64,000 bases of DNA, from assembly GCF_035594765.1 (NCBI RefSeq), contig NC_085846.1:84865190-84929189 (forward strand), written 5' to 3'. Below are positions 62,853 to 64,000 of the stretch, one piece after another; position 1 is the stretch's first letter; each line of letters opens with the position of its first letter. A program made the translations under genes and the position numbers. The notes under the pieces were generated by a model. It did no database searches. It saw nothing but the letters and a program-made list of their open reading frames with translations, and was not told the DNA's origin. The stretch comes from Anolis carolinensis. Its lineage: Eukaryota.

Positions 62853-64000
62853 CTGTATGACCACTATCCAACCAACAGATTCCTGACTACTCTATTAAAA
62901 TTCCCATCAGATTGCAGAGTGCTGCTCCTTAATCCCCAACCATGTTGTACTGGGTTATAGTGGATTATAATGATACTTAGGGTGAACGGCTAGTTTCAGA
63001 GCTCTTGGAGGCTGCTGTGAATGATAAATGAAGGTGAAGATATTTCATGGCTGTATAGTGGCTCTTTCTGCTGTTCTCTTCCACACTATATTCTAGTGAT
63101 TGTGGTATTTATTATTACAGATTTAACAGGGACGGGCATTAAAGAAGAAGAAAAATGTATTCCTCCCCCTTCTACTGAATAGATAGATAGATAGATAGAG
63201 AGCTCTTTTTGCTTCTTTTTATTTCTTTTATGTGTTGTTTAATAAAAATTATCTTTTAAAAAATCAAGGATGGGTATGTGTCATTGGCTTCATGAGCTGG
63301 AGAAGATTGGTGCTTCATAGTTCTCCAGGTTTTGGAGCCGAGCAATTGGTAAACTTACTAGATAAGCAACTAAGGATAGACTGAACTAAGTTTTTTGGGA
63401 TGAAAAATACATTTTAAATTGTGGGGCTGAATCTAATTTGTCTATAACCAAATTGCTAAGAACAGTATAATCAGGTATTTCTGTGCATCATAAAGAGCAT
63501 TTAATTTGCGTATATTAAAGGGTTGCTACAAAAGGCAAGCATAGCCATTGTCACTACAAGAAATATGCCACTTTATATTTATCTGTAAAGAAACAAGACA
63601 GGGGAAGGTAAAAGGAAATTGTAATAGAAGTTCCAAATTGAGATAACTTCTAGTAGAGACAATTACAGGCATGGCATGTAATTTGAACATACTCACTTTT
63701 AACAGATTAGAATAACCTCACTTTCTGGATAGCTATTGTAAATTATCAACCAATCTGTGCAGCAAAAGTGCCTGTTTATGGTATTAAACTTTTTTTGTTC
63801 AAAAAGTTCAGTCTAACCACAGGAAATTTAATCTATTTATTTGGAGCCAAAGGATTGTGCCTTGTTCCTAATAGGTGAGTGGTACCCCACCTGTGTGTAC
63901 AATACAACCAGTTTATCAGGAAGAAGCACTGTAGCACATAAAGTTTTATTCTAAGCAATATGGAATGAAAATTGGCCACCAGCATATATCTGAACATTAA

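Overview
Eukaryotic, AT-rich, repeat-dense vertebrate DNA, almost certainly from a squamate lizard. The repeat set (Sauria SINEs, 5S-derived SINEs, Bov-B, Vingi, L2, CR1, many non-autonomous hAT, Tc1/mariner and Harbinger elements) is typical of Anolis. No intact protein-coding gene can be recognised: it looks like a large intron or intergenic region with a few weak candidate exons, and most ORFs in the track are TE remnants or chance frames. Family names come from recalled sequence features, not a database search. Most notable: (1) two solo LTRs whose U3 regions carry acidic reading frames with possible chromatin-tethering motifs (an FxGF LEDGF/TND-binding-like motif and an RRSxRL nucleosome-binding-like motif); (2) a GC-rich hAT element built from a ~136-bp unit repeated in alternating orientation; (3) two different hAT families inserted at the same 8-bp target, giving a triple TSD; (4) a rearranged, self-nested Bov-B; (5) a tRNA-Cys pseudogene 12 bp ahead of a Sauria SINE; (6) several nested and TE-capturing elements.
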